Shown: positions 15,945-24,770 of the stretch, in pieces
How positions within the stretch are numbered: the first letter of the stretch is position 1
Layout: each line of letters opens with the position of its first letter
Assembly (NCBI GenBank): GCA_903839895.1
Contig: CAIMDW010000027.1
Coordinates: forward strand, 1 to 35,634
DNA: 35,634 nt
Reading direction: 5' to 3'
From: Candidatus Staskawiczbacteria bacterium
GTDB taxonomy: Bacteria; Patescibacteriota; Minisyncoccia; Minisyncoccales; Staskawiczbacteraceae
Notes under the pieces: model-generated
The model's database searches: none
What the model was told of the DNA's origin: nothing
What the model saw: the letters and a program-made list of their open reading frames with translations, nothing else
Position numbers and translations under genes: made by a program

Positions 15945-16553
15945 ATGAACTCAATAGAAAAATTAGCGCAATTATTTAGGAAATTTCCCACGGTTGGCTC
16001 CAGGACTGCCATGCGATTTGCATATTATCTTGCAAAATTGCCCAAAGAAAAAATTGATGAATTGATAAGCGCAGTTTCCGAAGTGAAAAACAAGACAAAA
16101 TTGTGCAAAATGTGCTTTGATTTGTTTGAGCCATTCGACTCCGCTCAAAGCTTGTGCCCTATCTGCCAAAATTCTGCCAGAAATAAAAATTTGCTTTGCA
16201 TAGTGGAAAAAGAAGCCGACCTGATTTCTTTGGAAAGCACAAAAAAATTCAACGGATTATATTTTATTTTAGGCGGGACAATTTCGACAATGCGCAAAGA
16301 CGATATGTGTCACTTAAGAATTGAAGAATTTAAAAACAGAATTAAAAATAATAATTTTTCAGAAATAATTGTAGCCTTAAATCCAACGCCGGAAGGCCGA
16401 ACAACTTCTGTTTTGCTTGAAAACATAATAAAAGAAATTTTACCAAATCCAAACTTCAAAATAACTCACTTGGCACGTGGAATCCCTGTTGGCGGAGAAC
16501 TTGAATACGCCGACGAAGAAACTTTAGAAAACGCCTTGGAAGGCCGAAAATAA
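15945..16553 (+). CDS. recR: Recombination mediator RecR
   Basis: HhH PTVGSRTA, C4 zinc finger, CIVE, NPTPEG TOPRIM, RGIPVGGELEYAD. Confidence 0.95.
   Translation: MNSIEKLAQLFRKFPTVGSRTAMRFAYYLAKLPKEKIDELISAVSEVKNKTKLCKMCFDLFEPFDSAQSLCPICQNSARNKNLLCIVEKEADLISLESTKKFNGLYFILGGTISTMRKDDMCHLRIEEFKNRIKNNNFSEIIVALNPTPEGRTTSVLLENIIKEILPNPNFKITHLARGIPVGGELEYADEETLENALEGRK
16125..16149. repeat. Short REP-like palindrome inside recR
   Basis: TTTGAGC-cattcgactcc-GCTCAAA, encoding FEPFDSAQ. Confidence 0.55.
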
Positions 16554-16557
16554 CCAA

Positions 16558-16587
16558 TAAAAAACCGCCAAGGTAGGCGGTTTTTTT
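16558..16587. terminator. Bidirectional intrinsic terminator
   Basis: AAAAAACCGCC-aaggta-GGCGGTTTTTTT between convergent recR and the surface protein gene. Confidence 0.9.
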
Positions 16588-16595
16588 AGTATTTA

Positions 16596-19500
16596 TTATC
16601 TATTTCCTGTTTTTTGGATTTGGGCAATTCTAGCTGTAAGTTCTTTTTCTGCTTTGTAAGTCCTTTTGATTTTTCTTTTGTTGTCAATGAATTTTTCAAT
16701 CCAGAAAAACATTCCAGACCTCCACATCCAAAGCAATAATAAAGTTATGAGCAATGGCAGGAAGAATGAATCAACCCAGAAGTTATTAGTCAAACCTGTT
16801 GAGATTGAGCTGGCTCCCAAAACTCCGGCCCTTGTGACAATCACCGAGGCGATTGCGGTAGGAGTGTTTGCAACAGAGCTTGTCACATAAGCGCTGTTAT
16901 TTAAAGTTGTAGAACCGTATGAGAAATTCTGTGATGGACCGACTTGTGCCTGATAAGTTATTGTAACTATCTGGCCGGCATAAATTGTGCCTAAGTTTAC
17001 CCCAGAGGTTATATCTCCAGTGTAACCGTAGTTGTTTCCATTGCAATTATTGCTTCCATAGTTTCCCGTGCAGGCTACGACAAGCTGGTTGCTGTAAACA
17101 AGGTTTGCAGGCAGATTATCCCTTACAATCACATTCTGGATATTTTGGTTGCCAGTGGCTTGCAAGGTTATCATGAACATAACCATGTTCGAAGGAGCCG
17201 CATATGTGGCAGTTGACCAGCCCGAACCCGATGTAAGGTTCCTTACTGTTTTGCTTACTGACAATGCTCCATTACTATAGTTGCTGTAAATAGTCATATC
17301 CTGGCCGTAAACTGTGTTGCCAGAGCAATCTTGTCCTGCGGCTCTGAAATGATAAGTATTGCTTGTTGTAACATCGTAAATGTTCGCGCTAAATGAACCG
17401 GAGCTTCCGATGTTCTGCCTTGCAGTCTCGCTTCCGTAATTTGTGCTTGTTCCATATTGGAACCAGGCCGAGGTGTTGCAAGTTGAATTACTGTTAGCAG
17501 TTAAGTATCCATTCAATGTTGCTTGGCTGTTGTAAACGTTAGTTGCAGAATTTGTCTGAACGCTTAAATAGCTGTTATTGTTTTGACAGGCATTATTGGA
17601 ACATCCATTCGGGCAATTTTGTATTAATCCTTCCTGAGCTCCGCATGAATTAAACCAATACAAATCACTTCCAGAGCATCTTTGCTGATAATTTGGAGTG
17701 CAGGTATTAATATTTCCATTGCAGGTTCCATTGCCGCATGTCTGGCTTGTTAGGCAGGTTGTCTGCAATTGGGCTTCTGTAGCGTTTGAGCAGAAGGAAC
17801 TTGCCGTTCCTGGGCTATTGCAGGTATAATTCTTGTAATTTTGGTAAACATTGTTGTTCTGGCAGAATAGAGAACCAATAGAGCCGCTTGCTCCGCAGTC
17901 GCTGTTAGTTGAGCATGCGACACCTTGAACCGAACAGCTTCCATTTGTGCATTGCTGGTTTGGGGAGCATGTTTGTGTAAGTTGAGGCGTTGTGGAATTT
18001 GAGCAGAAGCTTGTTGTTTTTCCAGGATTATTGCAAGAATAGGTTATAAAATTCTTGTAAGCATTGCCGGCCTGGCAGAAGGCATTGCCCGTAAGGCTAT
18101 TTGATCCGCAGTCGGAATTGGATCCACATGCGATGTCAGGAGTCGAGCAGCTTCCGTTATCACAGGTTTTATTTGTTCCGCAAGACGAAGTCAGTTGCGG
18201 TACAAGTGTGTTTGAGCAGAAACTTGTGGTTTTTCCAGGTTCATTGCAAAAATATGTGATCTGATTCCTATAAACATTGTTGTTCTGGCAGAATGGATTT
18301 CCTGTTAAGGCGTTGGTTCCGCAATCTGCACTTGCTGAGCAGGCAATATTTTTGTTTACGCAACTTCCGTTGCCGCATGTCTGGCTTGCTGTGCAAGTTG
18401 TTTTCAATTTGGCAACAGTGGAATTTGAACAAGATGAATTGACTGTGCCTGCGTTATTGCAGACATAAGTAATGTAATTTTGATATGCATTTCCGCTTTG
18501 GCAGAATAAACTTCCAGTATAAGCGTCGGTTCCGCATTGTGAATTCGTTGAGCATTTTACTGTGCCGGTTGTGCAAACGCTAGTTGATGTGACGTTTGAG
18601 TCCAAATTCCATGGCAATGAATTCGGATTACCATATGATTGCGTGTCCGACAGAGTATGAGGAGCTGTCTGATACCACAAGTCAGCCTGAGTTTTGCAGG
18701 ATGCATTTGATACAGAAATGTCAGTTGTGCCGGTCTTGTTTATATTTACAAGCGCAGATGATGCATAATATTGCTGAGTTGACATCCAGTTGGCCTCTCC
18801 TCTATTCCTGAACATTTTGTATGTGGCTGCGATCAGCGGAGCTGAACATTTTGTTGTGTTTGTTATATGATAAGTAACTTGGCTCCCGCTGTCAGTGTGA
18901 GTTATTGAAACTTTTCCATTAGCTAATGCCGCGCTCAATTCTGGGGCAGTCATTGTGCTTCCGTTCGCACAGCTGGCGGCAGCGGTTGCCGTTACGCTGA
19001 AATTATTGTTTGAATCGTCATGTGGATTTCCTAAAGCGGCACTGCTTTGATAAACTCCCATCCAAACATGGTAGGCATTGTCGGCTGGCCATGAATTTGG
19101 AACAGTCAAAGTATATGATCCTGTATTCGGCACATTTATAAGGCTATAACCTGCTACTGCAACTCCCCAATTTGAAATAGTCAACTGGGCGTGGGCGGCT
19201 GAATGCGCGCCGGCGGTTGTTGTCCATCGGATAGTTTGGGAAGATCCTTGAGCCCATTGCTCTCCTCCATTTGGATAATTTAATGTAAATGTTCCATAAT
19301 CAACTGCATTATTAACGCATGCGGCATTACTGCAAGTTTGGCTTGTTGTGCAGGCTTGATATAATGTTCCTTGCTTATCGCATGTGTCAAAGTTGTAAAT
19401 GGAATTGCCTACGCACTTTTTGTAATCATTTGCTGTGCATTTTGGCGAAAAAGATACGTTATATGTCACATAAGATCCATTATCTTCATGAGAATGGTCT

Positions 19501-19844
19501 CCTGTGCCGGCAAGACATCCAACTGGCTTTTGAGCTACCTGTACGTAGGATGTATTAAGTCCTGAAATATCAGATAATCCGCTAGCATATTTTACAGCAG
19601 AACGCACACAATAATTTAGCTGACCTGAATCAGGAACGCCAGGAGCACCTTCTCCATCTCCAATAGGGATGCAACTGCCGTTAGTCGGCAAAAGCGCGCA
19701 GTCTGGATCGGCTCCGCCATTATTATCGTAGTTCATTAATATCGACCCGGTTGTGGTGGATGCATTTATGTTACCCACGCACGGCAAAACCAACATCACT
19801 GATAAAATAATGCAGGCAAAAATTATTTTGTTTGCTGTCTTCAT
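16596..19844 (-). CDS. Large Cys-rich cell-surface protein, putative sortase substrate or adhesin
   Basis: Signal peptide; Ig-like PNGGEQW..G...IRW module; four 71-aa Cys repeats; FN3-like WFQYG...YHFRA module; DUF11-like SKTVRN...VRDNLP module; ISTG motif, hydrophobic helix and basic tail. Confidence 0.85.
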   Translation of the reverse strand: MKTANKIIFACIILSVMLVLPCVGNINASTTTGSILMNYDNNGGADPDCALLPTNGSCIPIGDGEGAPGVPDSGQLNYCVRSAVKYASGLSDISGLNTSYVQVAQKPVGCLAGTGDHSHEDNGSYVTYNVSFSPKCTANDYKKCVGNSIYNFDTCDKQGTLYQACTTSQTCSNAACVNNAVDYGTFTLNYPNGGEQWAQGSSQTIRWTTTAGAHSAAHAQLTISNWGVAVAGYSLINVPNTGSYTLTVPNSWPADNAYHVWMGVYQSSAALGNPHDDSNNNFSVTATAAASCANGSTMTAPELSAALANGKVSITHTDSGSQVTYHITNTTKCSAPLIAATYKMFRNRGEANWMSTQQYYASSALVNINKTGTTDISVSNASCKTQADLWYQTAPHTLSDTQSYGNPNSLPWNLDSNVTSTSVCTTGTVKCSTNSQCGTDAYTGSLFCQSGNAYQNYITYVCNNAGTVNSSCSNSTVAKLKTTCTASQTCGNGSCVNKNIACSASADCGTNALTGNPFCQNNNVYRNQITYFCNEPGKTTSFCSNTLVPQLTSSCGTNKTCDNGSCSTPDIACGSNSDCGSNSLTGNAFCQAGNAYKNFITYSCNNPGKTTSFCSNSTTPQLTQTCSPNQQCTNGSCSVQGVACSTNSDCGASGSIGSLFCQNNNVYQNYKNYTCNSPGTASSFCSNATEAQLQTTCLTSQTCGNGTCNGNINTCTPNYQQRCSGSDLYWFNSCGAQEGLIQNCPNGCSNNACQNNNSYLSVQTNSATNVYNSQATLNGYLTANSNSTCNTSAWFQYGTSTNYGSETARQNIGSSGSFSANIYDVTTSNTYHFRAAGQDCSGNTVYGQDMTIYSNYSNGALSVSKTVRNLTSGSGWSTATYAAPSNMVMFMITLQATGNQNIQNVIVRDNLPANLVYSNQLVVACTGNYGSNNCNGNNYGYTGDITSGVNLGTIYAGQIVTITYQAQVGPSQNFSYGSTTLNNSAYVTSSVANTPTAIASVIVTRAGVLGASSISTGLTNNFWVDSFFLPLLITLLLLWMWRSGMFFWIEKFIDNKRKIKRTYKAEKELTARIAQIQKTGNR
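17703..18554 (-). repeat. Four tandem diverged 213-nt (71-aa) coding repeats, 8 Cys each
   Basis: First Cys codons begin at 18554, 18341, 18128 and 17915, an exact 213-nt period. Consensus C.....CG....G..FCQ..N.Y.N...Y.CN..G...S.CSN......L...C.....C.NG.C. Confidence 0.92.
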
Positions 19845-19901
19845 ATATTTTTTTGTCCTATCAAGTAGGACATTTATTTAGTTAAAAGCTTATGATTCAT
19901 A

Positions 19902-19931
19902 ACCTTACCACATTATACATATTCTTGTCAA
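19902..19931 (-). promoter_or_regulatory. Sigma70 promoter region for the surface protein gene
   Basis: Minus strand TTGACA, 18 nt, TAAGGT, with an extra TATAAT in the spacer. Leader hairpin TGTCCTA-tcaag-TAGGACA at 19854-19872. Confidence 0.55.
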
Positions 19932-19946
19932 GTGGTATTACTGATT

Positions 19947-20633
19947 CTAACTTGTTTGCAATTCTGCTTGCACGGTTATTCTCTGATAATCCTTTCCCGG
20001 CGGCCAGCAACTTATCAAGGTTAGGACATTTTTACTTGCGTCTAATCCGTCCTGCGGAATGTCCGACCCTCTATTAATTATAGTCTTTTTAATAACTACA
20101 TATGTATATTGGACATTATTCATGTCAATTGAGATTTTATCACCTTCAGACAATTTGTCCAGCTGAGAGAAAATCCAGTCATGCTTGATTGTTGGCCATC
20201 CTGGAGGAGCCGAGTGTCCTAAAATAATTATCTGCCCTGTCTGACCTGGATAAACGGATCCCGGGTAATAAACTGCACCTTGGTCCAAATTTTTCATCAA
20301 ATCAGCTTTCACAGTGCTTGTTGCGAAAACAATCGGCACTGAAATGGAAATTTTTGGAATTTCCAAAGTATTTTGTTTTTCTGTATAAACCGTCTGCGCA
20401 GTTATTTTGGCCGGCGCGGCGGTTGTGGAATTTTGACTATGATTTGGATAAAAATACGCATCAATGGAAGTTGCATCAATAGACGGATAAGGATTAAAAA
20501 AATCACTGACCAGCCCATAAACTTCCTTGTAATTGAAAACCCATGAAACATCGTTCCAGTTTATTATTAGAAAGCTGGCAACGTACAATACCAGCGCAAG
20601 TTTCAATACTTTTTTTGCTTGGTCTTTACTCAT
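19947..20633 (-). CDS. Sortase family protein
   Basis: N-terminal TM; LEIPKI, IILGHS (His), FSQL, TLISCWP (Cys), QRITV (Arg). Confidence 0.9.
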   Translation of the reverse strand: MSKDQAKKVLKLALVLYVASFLIINWNDVSWVFNYKEVYGLVSDFFNPYPSIDATSIDAYFYPNHSQNSTTAAPAKITAQTVYTEKQNTLEIPKISISVPIVFATSTVKADLMKNLDQGAVYYPGSVYPGQTGQIIILGHSAPPGWPTIKHDWIFSQLDKLSEGDKISIDMNNVQYTYVVIKKTIINRGSDIPQDGLDASKNVLTLISCWPPGKDYQRITVQAELQTS

Positions 20634-21592
20634 TAAATTAAAATTTGGTGAGGAATCAGAGAAATTACTGATCTTTCATTTATTAATGCGGCCGCCCCCA
20701 ATAGTACCACGACTAAAATCGTTTTAAAAGCGAACTTCCTTTCAAAGGTGATATTATTGCTGAAAAATAATAAAACCATTAAAATTCCAATGATCAGAAG
20801 GCAAACCCCATAAATCACGTTTTGTAATAATTTGTCATAATTATAAATTGCATAATTTGCAACTTTCGAAGCTAAATTTGTTTTTGCATTAGTGACTGGC
20901 ACTAATTCGGTCTGACCTGCCAAAACTTTTTCAGGAACCTCAGACGCTTGCGTTGCTGTTGCCGGTTTTATTGCAACCTGCGATATAGGATGCGATTTTG
21001 CCGCTGAAACAGGCTGGCTGTTTTTTACTGCTGGCTGTTTTACTGGCAAAGGACTTGCAAATTCCTGCACAACTACAATGGTATTATTTCCCCCGTAGCC
21101 CGCTAAAACCGCGGTTCCCACCTCGGTGTAATGCGTATTCACAATGTTTGCTTTGTGCTCTGGCGAGTTCAGCCATGCCTGGTAAACCTCTGAGGAATTA
21201 AAAAATCCGACCGCCAAATTTTCTCCGGCAAATTTATAATTATATCCGGCTTGCGAAAACCAATGCCATGGCGAAAGTCCTTGAGGGCTTGTGTGCGCAA
21301 AATAGTTATTCAAAACCATATTTTCAGCTTTCATCTGTGCGGCTTGGTCAAGTTTTGCGTTTTCAACCAAGGGTTTCAGTCCCGCCAATTCCCTGGTCTG
21401 GTTTACAGAATTCTGCAAGAAATTTTTTGTAATATCGGCAAAAAATATATTCTGCGGAAAATTTATTGAAATAAAAATTACCCCGATTTTAAAAATTAAA
21501 AGCAACGTAATAAAATACAGCAAAGCCTTGCTCTGCATGATTTTTTTAAGCATCTCAAAATCGAATTTTGCTTCCGGTAAATTGTAATCCAT
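20633..21592 (-). CDS. CAP/SCP domain membrane protein
   Basis: AAQMKAENM, YFAH, AGENLA, WLNSPEHKANI, EVG; one N-terminal and two C-terminal TM helices. Start set at ATG 21592, downstream of the promoter. Confidence 0.88.
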   Translation of the reverse strand: MDYNLPEAKFDFEMLKKIMQSKALLYFITLLLIFKIGVIFISINFPQNIFFADITKNFLQNSVNQTRELAGLKPLVENAKLDQAAQMKAENMVLNNYFAHTSPQGLSPWHWFSQAGYNYKFAGENLAVGFFNSSEVYQAWLNSPEHKANIVNTHYTEVGTAVLAGYGGNNTIVVVQEFASPLPVKQPAVKNSQPVSAAKSHPISQVAIKPATATQASEVPEKVLAGQTELVPVTNAKTNLASKVANYAIYNYDKLLQNVIYGVCLLIIGILMVLLFFSNNITFERKFAFKTILVVVLLGAAALINERSVISLIPHQILI

Positions 21593-21600
21593 ATGAATCA

Positions 21601-21629
21601 ATTATACATTAAAATCATATGTTTGTCAA
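21601..21629 (-). promoter_or_regulatory. Consensus sigma70 promoter, near-leaderless
   Basis: Minus strand TTGACA-17 nt-TATAAT, 8 nt before ATG 21592. Confidence 0.88.
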
Positions 21630-21648
21630 TAACTATGCATTTTTTCCC

Positions 21649-22482
21649 TTACTTCCTTCCGCAGGTGAAGTTGTCACAGACAATTGCCCGGTCTTTCGGG
21701 CGCAGATCTATATAATATAAGCTTTTCCGCTGATTTTGAGTAATTTCGCCGGTTAGCAAGGAATTAAGCTTTACCAGCTGGTCGTTGGCATTGGAATTCT
21801 CGCTCAAATCAAAATATATCTGCCAGCCTTCGGTGGTTGTTGTATTCAGCCTGATTTGGCTGGCCACAACAGCGGTTTTTAGTCCAATTTGGAATTTATC
21901 CTGCAAATCTTTCTGGGTTTCTACCACTAAATCAACTACGTTTTGCTCTAAAACGGTTTGGCCAATTTCTGCATTTGAAGCTGGGCTCTCTACAATGACA
22001 AATCCTGAATTTTCGCCGTTTGCATTCTCAAAGAGGCTTCCAGTCTTGTCAAAATAAAAACAAGATTCGTCCTGCTGGCAAAAAATCCCGGCAGGAACTT
22101 TTTCGGTTATTTTTACCTCTAAACCTTGCATAAATTGCCTGCTCACATCAGCAACGGCTATTTCAGGGAATTTGCCAGCAATTTCTTTGCTAATTTTTCC
22201 GGCATCAGCCAAAAAAATGCTTCTTGAATTTAAAATGCCTAAAAATTTATGGCTGATATCGGCTAAGACAAGGCTTTCAATATTATCTTTCTGGACCTTC
22301 TGGTTTCCAGAAATTATTATATTGCTGATTTGCCAACCCGAATAAAACAAAATAAAATAACATGCCGAGGATGCCAAAATTACAACTAAAACCAAAATCC
22401 AAAACCACAGCTTTTTATATAGCGGAGTTTTCGGCCTTATTTTATGTATTTTCCCTCTTACGTGGGATTTTCTATAAGACAT
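21649..22482 (-). CDS. ftsQ: FtsQ/DivIB-like cell division protein with POTRA domain
   Basis: Basic N-terminus, one TM, ISNIIISGN POTRA start, C-terminal YIDLR. Confidence 0.75.
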   Translation of the reverse strand: MSYRKSHVRGKIHKIRPKTPLYKKLWFWILVLVVILASSACYFILFYSGWQISNIIISGNQKVQKDNIESLVLADISHKFLGILNSRSIFLADAGKISKEIAGKFPEIAVADVSRQFMQGLEVKITEKVPAGIFCQQDESCFYFDKTGSLFENANGENSGFVIVESPASNAEIGQTVLEQNVVDLVVETQKDLQDKFQIGLKTAVVASQIRLNTTTTEGWQIYFDLSENSNANDQLVKLNSLLTGEITQNQRKSLYYIDLRPKDRAIVCDNFTCGRK

Positions 22483-23516
22483 TAAAGTCCTCTTTTAAAG
22501 CGCCTAAACTTTTCTACTAAATAATTCAGCCAGTATTTTTTTGAAATCACAAAGTCCTGCGTTTTTATAAATTCCTGCTTGTATCCGCCAAATCCCATTT
22601 TAAACAAAGTCGGCCCTGCCCAAGGGTGCTTCGGAAATTTTTCGGGATCCGTAAATCCCCAAAAGTCATACACCATGCAATATCTTTTTTTTGCTTCTTT
22701 TATGGCTTCCCACTGCAATAAATATGGAATAGAATATTTTGCAAATTTTCCCAGGGAAGCTGCCTGATGGTAATAAGCAATCCCAGACCAGAAAACTACC
22801 ATGGCTCCAGCCGTAATTTCGCCCTTATATTTGCCGAATAAAAATATCACTTGGCTATCTTTATTGAAAATTTCAAATTCATTTTTTACCGATTCGTCTG
22901 AAAACGGCACAAAATGCTGTCTTTTGGAAACCTCTTTATTTAATTTTTGGTAAATTGCAATGTCAGCCGGATTATTGCTTATTTCAATTGAGATATCCGG
23001 GTTTTCTGAAGCCTTTTTTATTACGTATCTGGTTGTTTTTCGCATATCTTTCAAAAGTTCTTCTTCTTTTGCAAAAATATCGAGCTTCCAAGTTGCCTCG
23101 TAAGCCGAGGCGTGCATTGGCGAATCCTGAAAACCCAAATCTTCAAAAACCATTTTATTTTCTTCATTTTCCAGCAAAATTGGCGAAACTCGTATAAAGC
23201 TGGCATTTTCAGCCTTTGCAATATCGTTCAAATGTAATAAAATCAAAGACAAAATTTCTTTTTTATCTTTTGCAGTCAAATTGGGCTTGATAACCGGCCC
23301 ATGCGGAATAAATAAAAACGTCCCCCGTTTTGCCGAAACTTTCACTACCAAAGCCACCGCCAGCAATGCCCCATCGTAAACCCCCAACCTCCAAATTTTT
23401 GCGCCGTTTTTTTCATTAAACTCCCCCCAATTCCAAGACTGCAGAAACGTCTTTTCCGTGCATTGCAAAAGAAATCCTTCCCATTCCTCCTTATTTGTAA
23501 TTTCGCGTAATTCCAT
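22482..23516 (-). CDS. FemABX family aminoacyl-tRNA-dependent peptidoglycan bridge ligase
   Basis: FLQSWNWG, HGP, MRKTTRYVIKKA, YLLQWEAI, YDFWG, FKMGFGG. Confidence 0.9.
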   Translation of the reverse strand: MELREITNKEEWEGFLLQCTEKTFLQSWNWGEFNEKNGAKIWRLGVYDGALLAVALVVKVSAKRGTFLFIPHGPVIKPNLTAKDKKEILSLILLHLNDIAKAENASFIRVSPILLENEENKMVFEDLGFQDSPMHASAYEATWKLDIFAKEEELLKDMRKTTRYVIKKASENPDISIEISNNPADIAIYQKLNKEVSKRQHFVPFSDESVKNEFEIFNKDSQVIFLFGKYKGEITAGAMVVFWSGIAYYHQAASLGKFAKYSIPYLLQWEAIKEAKKRYCMVYDFWGFTDPEKFPKHPWAGPTLFKMGFGGYKQEFIKTQDFVISKKYWLNYLVEKFRRFKRGL

Positions 23517-24770
23517 TTATTTAAAAGTTTTTAAAAAGTTTACTATTCTTTCGGCGTCTTTTTTGGATAAATTTATGTGGGTTGGTAAATTTAAGGTATG
23601 TTTTGCTAAATATTCGGCATTTGGGCAACTGCCTGGCATATATTTTATTTCGGCAATATTAGTATCGCATGGCGCAATTGGGGTTGTATACCAGTCGCCA
23701 AGCAAGATATTCTGCTTGTGCCAGGCTGAATAAATAATATCATGAGCGTCTTTATGTTTTACCGTAAAACGTAAAAATGCGCTTTTTCTATTATCGTATT
23801 TCACAGGTAATCCGAATTTAGTAGCCCTTAGGGCCTCGTAATAATAATTGGCAATATTCTGGCGCTTATTGTTAAATTCATCAAGCTTATTGAATTGGTT
23901 CAAAGCCATTATTGCCAAAGCATTTGGCAAAGCTTTCGGAAAATAATCTGGGCGCTTGCCCTGCTTTTCTTTCCAGCTTACAGCTTTAGACAATATATGA
24001 AGTCCCTGTGACAAAACCAAAAGGACTTTCCCCAAATCCAAAAAATTATAAACCGGCAAAATAATATAATTTAACAAAATGGGATGCAATATTTGTTGCA
24101 TAGTCCAACACATTGACGGCTTTCCAAATTGCTTTTGCAAATCTTGCAACTTTTTCCCAATTTCATCATCGTTAGTCACAGCCATTCCTCCATAAACCGA
24201 AGAAATAATTTTGTCTCGCGAAAAGCTGAAAAATGCAGCCTTGCTGTGCGACCCCACTTTTATTCCATTATATTCAGCGCCCAGGGAATGCGCGCAGTCT
24301 TCTATTAGTATCAAGTTATGTTCGGCGCAGACGGCTCTAATAGCGTCCATATCGGCCGGAAGTCCAAAAGTGTGCTGAACCACCACAACTCGAGTTTTAG
24401 GCGTAATTTTAACTTTTAAATCGTCTGCTGAAATATTGAAATCATCTGTATTGCAGTCTACATAAATTGGCTCCAGGCCAGCCCATAAAGCTGGGTTTGG
24501 CACGGCATTGCACGTAAAAGCCTGTAAAGCCACTCCACTGCCCTTCTCCAAATCCAAAGTTTTTAAAATTGCATAAAAACTGCTTCTGCCAGAATTAAAA
24601 GATACGGCATATTTTACTCCAAGATATTTCTTAAATTCTTCTTCAAGTTTTTCAATTGCCTTTCCCTTCTTCCAAAGCCACGGCCGAATAAGCAAATTCA
24701 GCGCGAGCTTTAAATCGTCTTTTTCCACATTCGGCGACAACGAAATTGATATCGGTTTAAAATAGCTCAT
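23517..24770 (-). CDS. DegT/DnrJ/EryC1/StrS family PLP-dependent aminotransferase
   Basis: NSGR, AFTC, QHTFG, IEDCAHSLG, FSFSRDK (PLP Lys), GGM, LNLPTH. Confidence 0.88.
   Translation of the reverse strand: MSYFKPISISLSPNVEKDDLKLALNLLIRPWLWKKGKAIEKLEEEFKKYLGVKYAVSFNSGRSSFYAILKTLDLEKGSGVALQAFTCNAVPNPALWAGLEPIYVDCNTDDFNISADDLKVKITPKTRVVVVQHTFGLPADMDAIRAVCAEHNLILIEDCAHSLGAEYNGIKVGSHSKAAFFSFSRDKIISSVYGGMAVTNDDEIGKKLQDLQKQFGKPSMCWTMQQILHPILLNYIILPVYNFLDLGKVLLVLSQGLHILSKAVSWKEKQGKRPDYFPKALPNALAIMALNQFNKLDEFNNKRQNIANYYYEALRATKFGLPVKYDNRKSAFLRFTVKHKDAHDIIYSAWHKQNILLGDWYTTPIAPCDTNIAEIKYMPGSCPNAEYLAKHTLNLPTHINLSKKDAERIVNFLKTFK

Noticed and set aside
17703..18554. CRISPR array or DGR template/variable repeats
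   Set aside because: In-frame, contiguous, diverged protein repeats with no spacers. No cas or reverse transcriptase gene in the window.
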